A DNA stretch of 64,000 nt from Terriglobia bacterium (GCA_020073525.1 JAIQFA010000030.1:4496-68495); one strand, 5' to 3'. Positions 45,129-53,807 are shown, counted from the stretch's first letter. The notes: a model not told the origin generated them from the sequence alone. Numbers and translations: made by a program.

Positions 45129-45683
45129 ATGATTCATCCCTGGCATGACGTGACTCCCGGCAGCAAGTTGCCGCAGGAGTTCAACACCGTTATCGAGATT
45201 CCCTTCGGCTCCAGCGTGAAATACGAACTGGACAAGACCAGCGGCCTGATCAAACTTGATCGCATCTTGTATTCGGCGGTCTACTATCCCGCAAACTATG
45301 GCTTCGTGCCGCAAACCCTGGCCGAGGACGACGACCCGCTCGATGTACTGGTACTGTGCCAGGAACCCGTGGTGCCGCTGACCATCATCCACGCGCGCGC
45401 CATCGGGCTCATGACCATGATCGACTCAGGCAAGAAGGATCACAAAATCATCGCCATCGCCACCGAAGACCCGGAGTTCAACGCCTACCGCGAAGCCGCG
45501 GAAATGCCGCCCCACCGGTTGATCATGCTGCGCCGCTTTTTTCAGGACTACAAACAGCTGGAGGGCAAGTCAGTCGAAGTCGACGAGATCCAGCCGGCCA
45601 CGGAAGCGTATCCCATCATCGAGGATGCTCTGCACCGCTACAGCGAGCAGCGACGGAAAGGCTTTGCCGGAGCGAAAGCCTGA
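45129..45683 (+). CDS. ppa: Inorganic pyrophosphatase (family I)
   Basis: 184 aa. NTVIEIPFGSSVKYELDK and EDDDPLDVLVL motifs. Confidence 0.95.
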   Translation: MIHPWHDVTPGSKLPQEFNTVIEIPFGSSVKYELDKTSGLIKLDRILYSAVYYPANYGFVPQTLAEDDDPLDVLVLCQEPVVPLTIIHARAIGLMTMIDSGKKDHKIIAIATEDPEFNAYREAAEMPPHRLIMLRRFFQDYKQLEGKSVEVDEIQPATEAYPIIEDALHRYSEQRRKGFAGAKA

Positions 45684-45700
45684 GAGTGGTTGTAGAACCG

Positions 45701-46039
45701 CTAGTCCAGAGCCAAGGCCGCTCGCAACGACTGGTTCAACTGGGCGATCTTGGTACGGGAAAGCGACCCGACGAACTGCGTGAGGTCGGACTTACGCAAC
45801 GATACGAGGTTGTCACACATGATCCAACTCTCATGCTTCAGTCCTTCTTCCGGGCCGACAGCCACCTGAGTTGAGAGGCCCTCCCCGCTTGAGAAGACCG
45901 GTGCGCAGACCGCGGTTGAAAATCGCGAGTCGAGCAACACCTGGCGGCTCACCACGACAAAGACGCGGAAGCTCTTTGGGTCGCCAACGTTGTCATCGCT
46001 GCCTGGTCTGCGAACGCGGTAAAGCTCGCCCCGTCGCAT
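45701..46039 (-). CDS. MazF/PemK-family toxin (mRNA interferase-like)
   Basis: 112 aa. MRRGELYRV...RVFVVVS...VCAPVFS...IMCDNLVSL pattern of PemK-like SH3 barrels. 6 nt downstream of an RHH antitoxin gene. Confidence 0.8.
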   Translation of the reverse strand: MRRGELYRVRRPGSDDNVGDPKSFRVFVVVSRQVLLDSRFSTAVCAPVFSSGEGLSTQVAVGPEEGLKHESWIMCDNLVSLRKSDLTQFVGSLSRTKIAQLNQSLRAALALD

Positions 46040-46045
46040 CGCGTC

Positions 46046-46285
46046 CTAGTTCTCACTCTCCGGCGCCTGGAACTCCAGGACATCGATTGCCTCGGCATTG
46101 AGTCTGTCTGCTGCCTGATTCAGCAACTCCAGGTCACGGGCCTGGATTCTGGCCTTCGCGTGTTCTCGTAAATATTGGCGGAGCACGCCCTCGATCATGG
46201 CGGAGCGGGACAGCTTTCCACCTGCGAGCCGATCGACGCCAGCCAGAACGTCCGAAGATAGTGTGATAGAGGTCTTCTCTTTCAT
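46046..46285 (-). CDS. Ribbon-helix-helix (CopG-like) antitoxin
   Basis: 79 aa. N-terminal KTSITLSSDVLAGVDRLAG...RSAMIEGVLRQYL RHH fold. Confidence 0.75.
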   Translation of the reverse strand: MKEKTSITLSSDVLAGVDRLAGGKLSRSAMIEGVLRQYLREHAKARIQARDLELLNQAADRLNAEAIDVLEFQAPESEN

Positions 46286-46290
46286 ACTAC

Positions 46291-46300
46291 TAGTATACTA
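46291..46300. promoter_or_regulatory. Perfect 10-bp palindrome TAGTATACTA abutting the antitoxin start
   Basis: Lies 6-15 nt upstream of the antitoxin ATG (46285). Contains TATACT in both orientations. Candidate operator/-10, which would imply a leaderless or near-leaderless mRNA. Confidence 0.35.
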
Positions 46301-46380
46301 CCTCAAAGGATACCCGAGAGCCATGCGGGATGTGGCGGGACCGGAATGAAGGAGACGTTAAAGAAAGTCCATAGACTTAC

Positions 46381-46409
46381 TTGACATTTGTAGGGAGCTG
46401 CTCTATATT
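46381..46409 (+). promoter_or_regulatory. Near-consensus sigma70 promoter TTGACA-N17-TATATT
   Basis: TTGACA 46381-46386, 17-nt spacer, TATATT 46404-46409. Points into a 60-nt stretch that ends in a terminator, with no ORF. Confidence 0.45.
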
Positions 46410-46415
46410 TTGAAT

Positions 46416-46468
46416 CGCATTCCTCCTGGCCCGTGCCGCTGGTCGCCTCGCGGTGCGGGCTCTTTTCC
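46416..46468 (+). ncRNA. Candidate ~50-nt small RNA (promoter-to-terminator unit)
   Basis: Predicted transcript gaatcgCAUUCCUCCUGG + hairpin gcccgtgccgc/gcggtgcgggc (11 bp incl. 2 G-U, 46429-46460) + TCTTTTCC. The U-tract exists only on the plus strand. The single-stranded CCUCCU is anti-Shine-Dalgarno-like. Confidence 0.3.
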
Positions 46469-46470
46469 GC

Positions 46471-48516
46471 CTAGTTTCCTTCTTTTGGTTTTTCCCGCTC
46501 GTAGGGCTTTTGCATGTACCGGCGGCACTCGTCGAGCGCGCCTTGGGTATTGTCGTTGGTCTGAATCGCCTGGCGGTATTCATTGACGGCGCGTTCGCGC
46601 TGGCCGGTCACGTCGAAAATCTTGCCGAGTTGTAGATGGCTCCAAACCTCGGTCCAGCGCGGCTCCCCGTCGCCGTTGAGCGATTCCCGGTAGGCGTTCG
46701 CCGACGCCTGATAATTCTTTTGCAGGAAAAATACCTCGGCGATCCGGTAGTGGGCGAGTGAGCTGTTCTTGTTGACTTCGAGAGCTTTGTTGAACTCGAG
46801 GAGAGCTCCGGCCAAGTCGCCTTGCTGGGTCAGGCCCTGTCCGCGCACGATCGAGGAACGCAGCTTGACGTCCCGGGAGTTGGTGAGCACGCGGTTTTCG
46901 GGATCGATCGTGATCCGCCGTGGGCGTCCGAAAGTTTCAACCGAAAACGGGGAATCGGTCCCCACCACGTCAATGCGTTTTTCTTCCGTTTTTCCGTCGG
47001 TATCGATTCTCAAATCCACCGGCATGCGGAACAGATCGAGATCCTGCTGAATCGCGCCGACAATTCGAAAGCCCTTGTTGCTGCCCAGCCGGTAGACGGT
47101 GTACTTAGCCTTGAACTCGGGGGCGCTGGTCGAATCCATCCACTGCGAGTAGAACCACGTGAGTTTTTGCCCGTACACCTTCTCGCTGAGTTCGCGGAAA
47201 TCGTCGGTACTGGCGGACTTGCCCGCATACTTGGAGGCGAAGTCGCGCATGAGTCTCAGATACTCTTTTTCGCCGACGACCCAACGCAGCATGTGCAGGA
47301 TCATGGCCCCCTTGTCGGTGACCAGAGACTGAAATTCGGGAGAAAAATAATCCAGCTTGGCGGCGCTCGAAAGCGGCACGCTGTCATAGGCGAGCGCGCC
47401 CACGGACATATCCTTTACCATTTCCTCGAGCCCCGCTTCGCCCGCCGCGCTCTCCACGTAGCGCGCTTCCGAGTAGCGCGAGAAGCCGTCGCTCAGCCAC
47501 CAGTCCTCTTTCGACGCCGGACTCACCGAGACGCCCCACCACTGATGCGCAATTGTATTCGCCAGCAGTCGATAGTTCGTCTTTTCGGTGATCGCGCGGC
47601 TGGATAGCGCAGCAATTTCAGGCGCCCACGCCGCGGGCAGAGTATCGTCCGGGATTTCCACGATCTTTAATCGCGTCGAAGGTGCGTTGCCATACTGGGT
47701 GACGAAGTAGGTGAATGCCTTGACCGCCGTGGTCGCGTATTCCGGGCCGTAGTTCTTTTGATCCGGCCTGAGCTTGAAGTAAAGGCGCAGGTCAAGACCG
47801 GCTTCATCGCTTTTGTACTCCTGGAACGTGCCGGCAATGATCGTGCCAGGAAAACTCGGCTTGTCCCAAGTGAAGGTGAAGGTCTTAGCATTCGCCAGCG
47901 CGGTCGCGGGCTTTTTCGCGTTGGTCGCTGCCGTCGCTGCGGCGGACGGTTCCTTGCCGCTGCCGATTACCACCATGTGCGCCGGCACGGTCACGCTGAT
48001 GGTCGCAGTAAACCGGTTCACGCCATATCCCGCAACCGGAAACCACAGTCCGGAGTAAAGCAGGTAGCTGGTATCCGGGCCCACATAGGCCAGCTTCAAC
48101 CCCGGAATCGGGCTGTCGTCGGCGTTTTCCAGCGTGCCCTCATATTCGAAGTTGATGGTGGTGCTGGCATTCTTGGCGATGCCGCTCAAGAGTGCGAAGC
48201 GAACCGTGGAGTCCTGCGTGTTGCGCTCGGGAGTGAGTGGCTTGTTGTTCGCGTCGGTAAGCTTCGTAATGCGCAGCCCGTTGTTCAGCTGAAACGTGGC
48301 CACGTTGAGATCTTCGAGCGCCGTGACCTTGACCGCGGCCCGCGCAGTGAGCTTGTGCGTCTGCGGCAGGAGTTCGACGTCGATCTGGTAGTCATCTACG
48401 TGCAGGCGCGTTTTTTCGGCCGCCAGCGCCCGGTGGTTCGCGACCAGGGTAAGAAAAAATACGACAAGCGATGCACCGAGCGCCCATCGCGCTGGTCGAG
48501 AGTGGCAGAGCTTCAA
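46471..48516 (-). CDS. Secreted M1-aminopeptidase-like protein with C-terminal TPR repeats; zinc ligands not conserved
   Basis: 681 aa. Signal peptide and M1-type fold. HEXXH-(18)-E reads NTIAHQWWG...WLSDGFSRY (47545-47559 encodes NTIAH). The C-terminal ~130 aa are TPR-like. Confidence 0.8.
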   Translation of the reverse strand: MKLCHSRPARWALGASLVVFFLTLVANHRALAAEKTRLHVDDYQIDVELLPQTHKLTARAAVKVTALEDLNVATFQLNNGLRITKLTDANNKPLTPERNTQDSTVRFALLSGIAKNASTTINFEYEGTLENADDSPIPGLKLAYVGPDTSYLLYSGLWFPVAGYGVNRFTATISVTVPAHMVVIGSGKEPSAAATAATNAKKPATALANAKTFTFTWDKPSFPGTIIAGTFQEYKSDEAGLDLRLYFKLRPDQKNYGPEYATTAVKAFTYFVTQYGNAPSTRLKIVEIPDDTLPAAWAPEIAALSSRAITEKTNYRLLANTIAHQWWGVSVSPASKEDWWLSDGFSRYSEARYVESAAGEAGLEEMVKDMSVGALAYDSVPLSSAAKLDYFSPEFQSLVTDKGAMILHMLRWVVGEKEYLRLMRDFASKYAGKSASTDDFRELSEKVYGQKLTWFYSQWMDSTSAPEFKAKYTVYRLGSNKGFRIVGAIQQDLDLFRMPVDLRIDTDGKTEEKRIDVVGTDSPFSVETFGRPRRITIDPENRVLTNSRDVKLRSSIVRGQGLTQQGDLAGALLEFNKALEVNKNSSLAHYRIAEVFFLQKNYQASANAYRESLNGDGEPRWTEVWSHLQLGKIFDVTGQRERAVNEYRQAIQTNDNTQGALDECRRYMQKPYEREKPKEGN

Positions 48517-48818
48517 GTAGAGTCTCCTGGCAGGGCTACAAATTCTAAGATGTTAATTTTCACGCAAAAGATGCTGTGTCCACAAGGGTTAGAGAAATTT
48601 GTTTGGTCAAAACTTTGTCACCGAGTTGCGGCGCGGATGGTTCCTCCGCGCACGCCAGACCCTGGTTCATCCGGAAACTGGATTCTAGCCCATAATTTCA
48701 ACTTCGCACTAACTGAGTACCCTCGTCAGAGGTAAGCCCACGTCACTGCGCCGGCAGGCCTATCGCAGTACAATCCGTCTCGTTTCGCAGACGCCTTCAC
48801 AGTCTGGAGAGGAGCAAG

Positions 48819-49241
48819 GTGGAGATCCCCAACGCATTTATTGGCCAGGCCGATAAGCCCACGGAAGAAGAAGTTTCTGCGGCGCTGGGTCCAAGCGCGA
48901 AGATCTGGAAGGAATTGGTGGATTGGTTGGCGGAAGAGCAGGGCGTCGCCGTCCAGGAATGGAAATCAATCTCGCTCAAGTATGGATGGTCTTTGCAACT
49001 GAAACTGAAGAAGAGGACCATCGTTCATCTGTCTCCCTGCGCCGGATGCTTCAGGGTGGGGTTTGCGCTTGGCGACCGTGCAGTCAAGGCGGCGCGCCAG
49101 TGTCACCTCCCGAAGAGCGTCATCAAAGTGATCGATGATGCTCCGCGATATGCGGAAGGAACCGGAGTGAGGCTCATCGTCAAGGGGCCAGGAGATTTGG
49201 CCGCGATTCGCAAACTGGTGGCCGTCAAGCTGGCGAACTGA
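48819..49241 (+). CDS. DUF3788-like protein
   Basis: 140 aa. GTG start after GGAGAGGAG. ...PTEEEVSAALGPSAKIWKELVDWL...KYGWSLQLKLKKRTIVHLSPC matches my memory of DUF3788. Confidence 0.6.
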   Translation: MEIPNAFIGQADKPTEEEVSAALGPSAKIWKELVDWLAEEQGVAVQEWKSISLKYGWSLQLKLKKRTIVHLSPCAGCFRVGFALGDRAVKAARQCHLPKSVIKVIDDAPRYAEGTGVRLIVKGPGDLAAIRKLVAVKLAN

Positions 49242-50414
49242 GCGAGGTTCGATCGAAATTGTTTCCAGGTGTCTGGTTGCGCCACTCGCACTGAAGGGTG
49301 ATCCGGCGAGGGGCGAGAGGCCCCCGTTCGCGGCGATGCTGAACCCCACGATGCTATTCGACCTGGGGAGCGTCACGTAGAGGAAGTTGTCTCCGGTCGC
49401 GGCGATGGCACCCGGTGTGTCTCCGAGAATGAAAGGGGAGCCAGGAACCGGCGTCAGCGCCCCGCTGCTGGCGATGCTGTAGCCCGAGATCGAGTGATCG
49501 AAGAAGTTCATGGCGTAGAGAAAGCTCTGCTGTGCGCTCAGGGCGAGAAATACTGGCGCCATTCCGGCGTCAAAGGGGGAGCCGGGAACTGGCGTCAGGG
49601 CGCCGGTGGTTGGGTCTACGGAGAATGCGGCGATTTTGTTGGCCGTGTTCAAGGCGACGAACACGAACGGGCCCCCGTTTCCATCGAAAATGATACCGGC
49701 AGGGCCGGTGGAGGGGCCAGTCGTGAAACTCCCCGGGACCGGGGTGAGGATTCCGGATACAGGGTCAACCTGGAAAGCCGAGATCGTTCCGTTAGGGTCG
49801 ATGGAGTTGGTGGCGTAGAGATAATGATTGAAAGGCGTAGTGTTCGTTTGGCCGAGGGCAGCTTGTCCGGCGATGCCACCGGAGAACGGGGAGCCGATAA
49901 CTGGGGTCAACGCTCCGTTGGAAGCGATCGTGAAGCCCGTGGTGCCGGTAGGACTAGTGACATAGAGATCTGTGCCTGCAACGAGCCACAGAGGAAAGAA
50001 CGGCAGGTTGCCTCCGGGAGAAAACGGCGAACCGGGAACGGTGGTGAGCACGCCGGTAGTCTGGTTGATGGAGAAGGCATCGATCGCGCCGTTTTGAGTG
50101 TCGGAGACGTAGAGGAATTGATTCTGCGCGGAAGCGAGCCCGGAATTCGACGCCGGGCCAGGGATCGTAGCAGGTGTTCCGAGTGCTCCGGTTTTGTGAT
50201 CGATGGTGAAGGTGAGAATCTGTCCCGCATTGCTATAGCTGGTTGCGTATAGGAACTCTGGGCCGGGATTGACCGGGCAGGGTCCACAAGTGCAGGTGCC
50301 GCCCGCAGGGTTGAGGCAGGAAACATTGTTGCTCCCACACCCCGCCAGGGACATTGACAGGACGATCAATACGACGGCCGCAGAGCACACCCGAAAGATT
50401 GTGGCTGACATCAT
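48966..50414 (-). CDS. Lipoprotein, lactonase-type 7-bladed beta-propeller; 3' end aberrant
   Basis: Lipobox LAGC. At least 7 repeats ending G(A/G)L(T/S)P(V/L).GSPF. Recognisable homology stops near 49285, and the remaining ~104 codons are antisense to the DUF3788-like gene. Confidence 0.6.
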   Translation of the reverse strand: MMSATIFRVCSAAVVLIVLSMSLAGCGSNNVSCLNPAGGTCTCGPCPVNPGPEFLYATSYSNAGQILTFTIDHKTGALGTPATIPGPASNSGLASAQNQFLYVSDTQNGAIDAFSINQTTGVLTTVPGSPFSPGGNLPFFPLWLVAGTDLYVTSPTGTTGFTIASNGALTPVIGSPFSGGIAGQAALGQTNTTPFNHYLYATNSIDPNGTISAFQVDPVSGILTPVPGSFTTGPSTGPAGIIFDGNGGPFVFVALNTANKIAAFSVDPTTGALTPVPGSPFDAGMAPVFLALSAQQSFLYAMNFFDHSISGYSIASSGALTPVPGSPFILGDTPGAIAATGDNFLYVTLPRSNSIVGFSIAANGGLSPLAGSPFSASGATRHLETISIEPRSVRQLDGHQFANRGQISWPLDDEPHSGSFRISRSIIDHFDDALREVTLARRLDCTVAKRKPHPEASGAGRQMNDGPLLQFQLQRPSILERD

Positions 50415-50674
50415 TCACCTCACAAACTCAACTGCAACCCACGCCTGCATCGGGCATGATCGTAACGGTGGACGGGAACCCGACGGTACACTGTTGGGAC
50501 ACTTTCCGGAGTGTCATGTCGAGGGCCTTCAGCCCGCAGACAGGAGAAGAGTTTCTTACTACGAGAAACAGTACCACTACGCCGGATTCTCGCAGTGTGA
50601 GCCGGATCACAAAGCGGCTTATCGGAGGCTGTGCTCCGGCGGCCCTGTCGTATATGTTCGGAAGGTCTGCCTGG

Positions 50675-51187
50675 TTATTTCCTGGTGAGTTTTACCCGCG
50701 CAAAAGGCTTCCGCTTGCCGCCCTCTTCATCATCCATAAACCACTGCCACGTGTCCGTACTTTTGCTGTAGGCGAATTTTGTGTGGAAGCTGCTCCCGTC
50801 TTTGCCCTTAAACAAGAGCGCGATTTCATCGCCGCTGCGCTTCGCATGGCCGATCGCCTGGGCTGAGAGGCCGCCGCCAGTGGTGTCGAGCCACAGACAT
50901 GCATACTCGCTCGACGCTTCATCCCAGCCGATGAATACGATCGCTTCATACGCCGCTTGGCCTTGAGCGTTCTTTTCGCGCGACAATTCGTGGAATTGTA
51001 CGTAGTGATGGCCCAGCACCCACTCGGACTCGATATCGTGCGTCGTTTCGCGTCCAGCAATGGTGCCCTGAAGCACCCAGTTCCCGGTCAGTTGATCCAG
51101 TAAGGAATCCTTCAGAGTTGGTTGTTGTGCTGAAGCTGAGAAGGAAACCGACAAGAGTGCAACGAAGATTTTGAGAACAGTCCTCAT
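50675..51187 (-). CDS. Secreted DUF1579-like protein
   Basis: 170 aa. Signal peptide, LTGNWVLQGTIAGRETTHDIESEWVL... beta-barrel-type sequence. Family name from memory. Confidence 0.5.
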   Translation of the reverse strand: MRTVLKIFVALLSVSFSASAQQPTLKDSLLDQLTGNWVLQGTIAGRETTHDIESEWVLGHHYVQFHELSREKNAQGQAAYEAIVFIGWDEASSEYACLWLDTTGGGLSAQAIGHAKRSGDEIALLFKGKDGSSFHTKFAYSKSTDTWQWFMDDEEGGKRKPFARVKLTRK

Positions 51188-51239
51188 TGAGCAATACCTT
51201 CAAATGCGTGATGCCCTCAATTTTTCAGACTAATCTCTT

Positions 51240-52460
51240 TCAGCTAATTTCTTTCAAGATAATCTCTGCCGCCGTTTCCGAAGGATGCGAAGCGGCGCTG
51301 CTCCCCTGCCTCAGTTTGGCCTTCACCACCGCCAAGCGCTCAATCATGCGCGTCCGCGGCTCGCCGTCCGGGATGATCTTGTTCATTTCCGCGACGACGT
51401 TTTCCGCCGTGAACTTGTGCTGCACCAGTTCAGGGACGACCTCCTTCTCGGCAATCAGGTTGACCATCGCAAAGTAAGGAACCTTAACGCGCGGCTTGCC
51501 CAGCGCGTAGGTGAGCGCCGACACGCGGTACACCATGACAAACGGAGTCCCCATGATGGCAGCCTCGACCGTAGCAGTGCCGCTGGCCACGATTCCGGCG
51601 CGGGAGTGATAGAGAGCCGGCAGTGCCTCGGGGACCAGATGAATATTCCCCTGTGGAGACGCGGCTTGCCGCGTCTCGCTCGGCGTCGCAATCAATTCCT
51701 GGAGAAACGACGAGTCCAGCGTGCGCGCCACCGGCAGCAGGAACTCATAACCGCCGCCCATGCGGTCTGCCGCATCGAGGATCGTCGGCAGGTTCATGCT
51801 CACCTCTTTCCGGCGGCTGCCCGGCATCAGCGTGATCCAGGGTTTCGTGGCATCGATCTGGTTTGCGGCTGCATAAGTCTCGCGAGTAATTGCAGGCGCG
51901 GGCAAATCAGCCAGCGGATGGCCGACAAACGTCGCGTCCACTCCGCGATCGCGATAGAACTTTTCTTCGAAGGGAAAAATTACCAACGCCTTGTTGACGT
52001 ACTTGCGCAGCAACTTCACGCGTCCCTGGCGCCAAGCCCAGAACTGCGGGCAGACGTAGTAGACGACCGGAATGCCGCGCTTGCGCATCTGCCGCGCGAC
52101 GCGCCAGTTGAAGGCCGGCGCGTCGATCACGACGGCCAGCGCCGGGCGTCTCTCATCGGCCGCGCGAATGAGTTTTCGATAAAGCCCAAGAATCTTCGGC
52201 AGGCGACTAAGAATCTCAGTGATGCCAACGACCGCAAGTTCTTTAGCGTCGACGACGATTTCGCATCCGGCGGCCCGCATGCGCTCCCCACCCGCGCCGA
52301 AGAAGGTGAGTTGTGTGGTGGCGGGGCTTTGCCCCGCCGGGACGGGGCAAAGCCCCGTCGCCACATGAGCAAGGACAGCCACTCGCAGCCGCAGCGCTTC
52401 GATCAACTGCGCACCGTACATTTCGCCCGAGGCTTCACCGGCAGAGATCAGGATCTGCAC
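51240..52460 (-). CDS. lpxB: Lipid-A-disaccharide synthase
   Basis: 406 aa. MQILISAGEASGEMYGAQLIEAL N-terminus and GT19 core. Carries a ~21-aa in-frame insertion encoded by a palindromic repeat. Confidence 0.9.
   Translation of the reverse strand: MQILISAGEASGEMYGAQLIEALRLRVAVLAHVATGLCPVPAGQSPATTQLTFFGAGGERMRAAGCEIVVDAKELAVVGITEILSRLPKILGLYRKLIRAADERRPALAVVIDAPAFNWRVARQMRKRGIPVVYYVCPQFWAWRQGRVKLLRKYVNKALVIFPFEEKFYRDRGVDATFVGHPLADLPAPAITRETYAAANQIDATKPWITLMPGSRRKEVSMNLPTILDAADRMGGGYEFLLPVARTLDSSFLQELIATPSETRQAASPQGNIHLVPEALPALYHSRAGIVASGTATVEAAIMGTPFVMVYRVSALTYALGKPRVKVPYFAMVNLIAEKEVVPELVQHKFTAENVVAEMNKIIPDGEPRTRMIERLAVVKAKLRQGSSAASHPSETAAEIILKEIS
52311..52365. repeat. TGTGTGG..GC-hairpin palindromic element inside lpxB
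   Basis: cggggctttgccccg (52321-52335) and cggggcaaagccccg (52342-52356) are exact reverse complements, separated by ccggga. Each arm is itself a hairpin. Translated as HVATGLCPVPAGQSPAT. Confidence 0.85.
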
Positions 52461-52513
52461 GCTGCCATTGTAAGGTAGTGTGGCGCTGCCATCTCGGAAC
52501 TCCTTGTCCGTGG

Positions 52514-53311
52514 TTACTGCTTGACCGAGAACGTTACATTCACGTGCGTGCCGTCATTCTCGCTTCCGACGTTCACCATAACGGTGCGCTTGTTGGCCTT
52601 GTCTTCACCGGAGACCATGCCTCCAACTTTTCCCTCGGAGCTGCCGGTCATATTCGAGACCGCAAAGCCGCCCGATTTCAAAGCGTCCCCGTAGAACGAA
52701 ATCACCTTGTCCGCCGGGTCTGTGGTGACAAAGGCAAAGGAGCCGGTCTGCTCCCCGGCATTGCTGGAAGAGAATGTATTTTGCGGAGAGGATCCCGGAT
52801 ATGCCGGCACCCACGCCGGAGCTTTGTCAGAGCTGGCGCCAAGCTTCACCGTGCCTTCCGAACTCTTCATCTCGAATCCCGCGTTTGCCCCCTCACCCGT
52901 TGTGGTCATAGAAGTCGTTTTGCCGTTCTCGTCGGTGATCACCATGGACTTCTTTTCCGGGTCGAACTTCATGGTGACGACCTTGCCAGTTTTCTTGTCG
53001 CGAACCGTGATGGTTCCCGCTTTATCGTCGCTCGACACGATCTCGGTGTCCGGATTCATCATGACGGCCATCTTGGCGGAGGCAAGCGCGGGGTTCTTCT
53101 TCATCAGGTCGGAATCAAACCCGGCCTGCTTCGCCTTATGCAGTGCGTAGAAGCCGATTACAGCGCAACTGCCAAAACCAATCAGGATCAATCCCAGAAC
53201 GATCCCGAGAATCCAGAAAAGCAATTTGGTTCCTGAACTCTGCGGGGGCGCGGGTGCTGCGGCTGGCGGGACTCCTCCCGGTGTTTGCGGAGCTGGCGGG
53301 ACAGTGGACAT
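52514..53311 (-). CDS. Membrane-anchored hypothetical protein (Pro-rich N-terminus, 1 TM, Ser/Thr/Gly-rich ectodomain)
   Basis: 265 aa. Coherent composition and a TM helix LLFWILGIVLGLILIGFGSCAVIGFYAL. The opposite-strand ORF is Arg/Gly-rich junk. Confidence 0.5.
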   Translation of the reverse strand: MSTVPPAPQTPGGVPPAAAPAPPQSSGTKLLFWILGIVLGLILIGFGSCAVIGFYALHKAKQAGFDSDLMKKNPALASAKMAVMMNPDTEIVSSDDKAGTITVRDKKTGKVVTMKFDPEKKSMVITDENGKTTSMTTTGEGANAGFEMKSSEGTVKLGASSDKAPAWVPAYPGSSPQNTFSSSNAGEQTGSFAFVTTDPADKVISFYGDALKSGGFAVSNMTGSSEGKVGGMVSGEDKANKRTVMVNVGSENDGTHVNVTFSVKQ

Positions 53312-53436
53312 GTGCGACTCCTCTCTGTGGAAGACGACGTGAAACTTGCGATGGGGGAAGAACCTGCAACTGGGAAGAACGCGCCATTATACGTTCGCCG
53401 GAGAAAAGCGCAAGCGCCGTTTGGTGGCGCAGGATG

Positions 53437-53488
53437 CTCGTGTGGGGACGGGCGACTTGCCGCCCAGCGGAGCGAAGCACCGCTCGCC
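53437..53488. repeat. TGTGTGG..GC-hairpin element (intergenic copy)
   Basis: gctcgtgtggggacgggcg...gcggagcgaagcaccgc. The 5' 14 nt match the copies at 55227 and 62053. Confidence 0.6.
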
Positions 53489-53552
53489 ACTCGATTCAGG
53501 CGCCCCACGCGGCCATGATAAAATCGAAAATGAAGTGAGGTAAGAAAGACCA

Positions 53553-53747
53553 ATGTCTCGTCGCACCAAGCTTGAGTTCGAGCCACTGTCGCTGGAAGAA
53601 ACCGCCCGGCGGTTGGGTGTGCCGCGCCAAAGAGCACAGCGCATCCTTACGCTCGTCGGGGTCAAGGCCGATGCGAAGGCGCGCACCAGCAGGACGTCGA
53701 AGCATCGTGCGAGTAGTGCGAAGTCCACGCACATCACCAAGTCCTAG
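53553..53747 (+). CDS. Possible small HTH protein
   Basis: 64 aa. LSLEETARRLGVPRQRAQRIL looks like a helix-turn-helix; basic Ser/Lys tail; weak RBS. Confidence 0.3.
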   Translation: MSRRTKLEFEPLSLEETARRLGVPRQRAQRILTLVGVKADAKARTSRTSKHRASSAKSTHITKS

Positions 53748-53807
53748 CACCCTGGCGTCAATTCCAGACCGTTTTCGGGCCCGGTTGATCGCATTCGTGC
53801 TGTCGCC

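Noticed and set aside
44979-45392. 137-aa minus-strand ORF
   Set aside because: It is antisense to the 5' half of ppa.
50414-50675. 260-nt gap between the propeller gene and the DUF1579-like gene as a possible ncRNA or small ORF locus
   Set aside because: It holds only weak local hairpins (e.g. gtttct...gaaac). There is no promoter/terminator pair, and the overlapping track ORFs have junk-like composition. Evidence is insufficient.
51285-53236. 397-aa and 307-aa plus-strand ORFs
   Set aside because: They are antisense to lpxB and to the membrane-anchored protein. Their starts (MWWRGFAPPGRGKAP...) are simply the palindromic repeat read from the other strand.
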